Below are positions 61,313 through 64,000 of a stretch of 64,000 nucleotides of DNA, in pieces. The DNA comes from Promethearchaeota archaeon (lineage in GTDB: Archaea > Asgardarchaeota > Lokiarchaeia > Sigyniarchaeales > SOKP01). Position numbers and translations under genes: made by a program. Position 1 is the first letter of the stretch; the number at the start of each line of letters is the position of its first letter. The stretch lies in NCBI GenBank assembly GCA_048937405.1, contig JBHLNF010000004.1, positions 96,001 to 160,000 of the forward strand. Reading direction: 5' to 3'. The notes below the pieces were generated by a model that was not told where the DNA came from, did not search any database, and worked only from the letters and a program-made list of their open reading frames with translations.

Positions 61313-64000
61313 ATGTCACAAAAAAAACGAATAATTATTCTCTTCTTGTCATTTTTAGTTTTTATTAATATCTTCACATACTCTTTTCAATTTATTAATA
61401 ATTCCGATAAAAATAAAAACCCAAATCATAAGGAATGCTTTCAAAAACCTAAAAGCAGTATTGCTAAAGTATGGGAGTATGATATTGGTACTGGTGGTAA
61501 TCCCTTTGTTGATATATCATCCGATGGAAAATATTTTGTTGTTGGGGTAGAAGAGACTAATAATTTTTATTTATTTAACAGTTCAAGTAAAAGTCTATTA
61601 TGGTCATATTCATTGCCATCTAGTAGTGAAATCACCGATATTGCAATTTCTTCAGATGGATATTACATTGCCGTAGGAGGTGGTTCAAATGGATTCCTGT
61701 ATTTATTTGATAGGACCAGTTCTACACCAATTTGGGAGTCAGATAGTAGTTTAGGAACTACGTGTAAGTATGTTTCAATATCTTCTGATGGGCAATATAT
61801 TAGCGCAGTAGGTGACCCTTTATCAACAGCAGATATATATCTTTTTACCAGAACGAGTTCTGGTTATATTTGGAGGAATACTACTATTAATGCGATGTCA
61901 GCTGTAATGGCTTCAGACAGTAACTATATTGCAGTAGGTGAAGGACCTAGTTTTCATTTATTTCAAAGATCTGGTAGCAGTGTTAATTGGGAAGGATTTT
62001 ATTCCGGAGGTGGAGTAATACCTGATCTTATAGAAATATCATCAGATGGATATCATATGGCTGAAGGTGGTAATTCGAAAATTGCTTTCTATAATCGCTC
62101 TTCTTACAGCCCCATGTGGGATTATTCTATAGCAAGTGATTTCAATGACTTTGCAATGTCTTCTAATGGAGATTATTTGGTAGTAGGAAGTAATGATAAA
62201 GGAGTTTATTTATTCAATAAATCATATTCAAGCTCAAAGACTCCTATGTGGAATAAATCAACCGGGGGATATGTTTCATCAGTAGCTATTTCTGGTAATG
62301 GAAATTATATAGCAGCTGGAAGTAGTGACCATAATGTATATTTTATAAATAGGACGAGTCCTTCACAAATGGATTATTGTTTGATTACAGATGTGATATC
62401 AGATATAGCTATGTCTGATGATGGTCATTTTATTGTAGCTGGATCTGTAGATGGTTATATCCATTTTTTCCATTCTTTACCACCAGATCCTTTTATATTA
62501 GATTCTGATGCAGGAGATCCGATTGATGATGATGGAGAATTCAATTTAAATTGGGATCCATCTCCGGGTGCTATTGAATATTATGTATATACCCATGATT
62601 CGTATTTTACTGATGTTAATCAAGGTGCAACAAAAATATCTTCTAAAATATATGGTAATTCATATCCAATTTCAGGACTGTCGAGTGGGGATTATTACTA
62701 TGCAGTTCTTGCGGTTAATGAAGCGGGAAATACAACATCAAACTGTATTAGTGTAAGAGTATTAGCTCCTCCAGGACCATTTGATTTATATTCTGATGCT
62801 ACTAATCCTGATGATGATGGTGAATTTACTCTATTTTGGGATGAATCTAGCTCTGCTAGAAATTATACTATTTATGTGGATGATGATTACATTTCTAGTA
62901 TTTATGTAGGGATTGATATTGTAGATGACGGTATTGAAAACAATTCATATACTATCTCTGGATTGAATAACGGAGAGTATTATTATGTAGTTGTGGCTTA
63001 TAACGAAATAGACTCTCAAATTTCTAATAATTTACGTATTACAGTTAAATTAAGAACGTATTGGGATCTTTCAGGTTCACCTATATATATTGATGATTCC
63101 AATCCAAATTACAAATGGAGTGAAATTTCATCTGATAATATTTGGTGTAAAGGAATGGGTACTTCTACTAATCCCTATATAATTGAAAATACAATTCTTA
63201 ATGGTCAAGAACTAGGAAATTGCATTGAAATCAAAAATTCTAACGTTTTTTTTATTATTAGAAATTGTACCCTATTCAACTCAAGCTCTTCACCGTTAAA
63301 TGCAGGAATAAAATTATCAAATACAAAAAACGGCATAATCGATGATAATAACTGTTCCTATAATCAAAATATAGGAATACTCCTTGATAATAATAGCAAT
63401 GATAATACTATCTCAAATAATATAATTAATCATAATGATAAGAATGGTATAGCTCTTTTTAACAATTGTCAACATAATAACGTTTCACATAATATTGGAT
63501 TATTCAATGAAATTGGCCTTCATTTGAGGAATAATAGTAATTTTAATACCATTTCTGGTAACACAATGAATAACAATAATATTAGTGGAATTACCATGTA
63601 CAACTGTTATAATAATAGTATTATTAATAATCAAGAGACTATTAGTTATAATGGATTATACGGTATCTTTTTACAATATAGCGATGAAAATGAGATCTCG
63701 AATAATCGTATAGAATTCAATCCAATTGGAATCTATTTAGATGAGTCAAATGATAACCAGATTATAAATAACGAATTTATTGGAAATGAAAATAATTATG
63801 AAGAAAATAACTGTGTTGGTAATGTATTCAGAAGTGATCGGAAACCTGGTTTTCTTATGGAGTTGCTTTTTATTGTAATACCCATCATCAGCGTTTTAGT
63901 AATTGGTGCTGGATTAATTTTATATAAGAAGAACATCATATTTAAAAAGGAACCACAAGATAGAGAACAAGAATTAGAAAGATTAAGAGAAAAAGTCAAA
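61313..64000 (+). CDS. Cell-surface protein: signal peptide, 8-blade beta-propeller, 2x FN3, NosD/pectin-lyase beta-helix, PGF-TM anchor; truncated by window end
   Basis: Translated manually from ATG 61313; absent from the ORF track because no stop is reached; eight ISSDG-like blades, two Y.ISGL..G.YYY.V.A.N units, GI.L..S.NN repeats, KPGF-TM-KK in the same frame. Confidence 0.88.
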   Translation, partial: MSQKKRIIILFLSFLVFINIFTYSFQFINNSDKNKNPNHKECFQKPKSSIAKVWEYDIGTGGNPFVDISSDGKYFVVGVEETNNFYLFNSSSKSLLWSYSLPSSSEITDIAISSDGYYIAVGGGSNGFLYLFDRTSSTPIWESDSSLGTTCKYVSISSDGQYISAVGDPLSTADIYLFTRTSSGYIWRNTTINAMSAVMASDSNYIAVGEGPSFHLFQRSGSSVNWEGFYSGGGVIPDLIEISSDGYHMAEGGNSKIAFYNRSSYSPMWDYSIASDFNDFAMSSNGDYLVVGSNDKGVYLFNKSYSSSKTPMWNKSTGGYVSSVAISGNGNYIAAGSSDHNVYFINRTSPSQMDYCLITDVISDIAMSDDGHFIVAGSVDGYIHFFHSLPPDPFILDSDAGDPIDDDGEFNLNWDPSPGAIEYYVYTHDSYFTDVNQGATKISSKIYGNSYPISGLSSGDYYYAVLAVNEAGNTTSNCISVRVLAPPGPFDLYSDATNPDDDGEFTLFWDESSSARNYTIYVDDDYISSIYVGIDIVDDGIENNSYTISGLNNGEYYYVVVAYNEIDSQISNNLRITVKLRTYWDLSGSPIYIDDSNPNYKWSEISSDNIWCKGMGTSTNPYIIENTILNGQELGNCIEIKNSNVFFIIRNCTLFNSSSSPLNAGIKLSNTKNGIIDDNNCSYNQNIGILLDNNSNDNTISNNIINHNDKNGIALFNNCQHNNVSHNIGLFNEIGLHLRNNSNFNTISGNTMNNNNISGITMYNCYNNSIINNQETISYNGLYGIFLQYSDENEISNNRIEFNPIGIYLDESNDNQIINNEFIGNENNYEENNCVGNVFRSDRKPGFLMELLFIVIPIISVLVIGAGLILYKKNIIFKKEPQDREQELERLREKVK

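Noticed and set aside
62568-63999. Short ORFs 62568..62756 and 63796..63999
   Set aside because: Out-of-frame or antisense shadows of the long 61313 CDS

Overview
Very AT-rich archaeal chromosomal DNA, almost certainly from an Asgard archaeon (Lokiarchaeia-like). It encodes an actin-related protein, a gelsolin-domain protein, roadblock/longin proteins and an MglA-like small GTPase, plus intron-containing tRNAs, gyrBA, gatA/gatB, asnS, cofE/folP and many metabolic genes. Main findings: (1) A ~3.2 kb insert with an I-TevI-like GIY-YIG endonuclease and an HExxH protein splits gatA from gatB. A dead copy of the gatB 5' end remains directly behind gatA, while the working gatB starts with a synonymously diverged copy of the same codons. 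This fits a free-standing homing-endonuclease element that brings its own replacement gene end. (2) A co-oriented minus-strand cluster runs gelsolin / roadblock / Cdc48-N-polyproline-vWA / AbrB-ACT / coiled-coil / actin-related protein / catalytically dead CHAT (caspase-fold) protein / PLD-like protein. (3) A tRNA-Thr/tRNA-Met pair carries three BHB-type introns, at least two at non-canonical sites, and both have atypical T-loops. (4) An NfeD-flotillin pair has a 51-bp His-Asp tandem repeat. (5) Several genes may start at ATA/ATT. (6) A large surface-protein ORF at 61313..>64000 is missing from the ORF track. All calls come from reading motifs by eye; no database searches were run.
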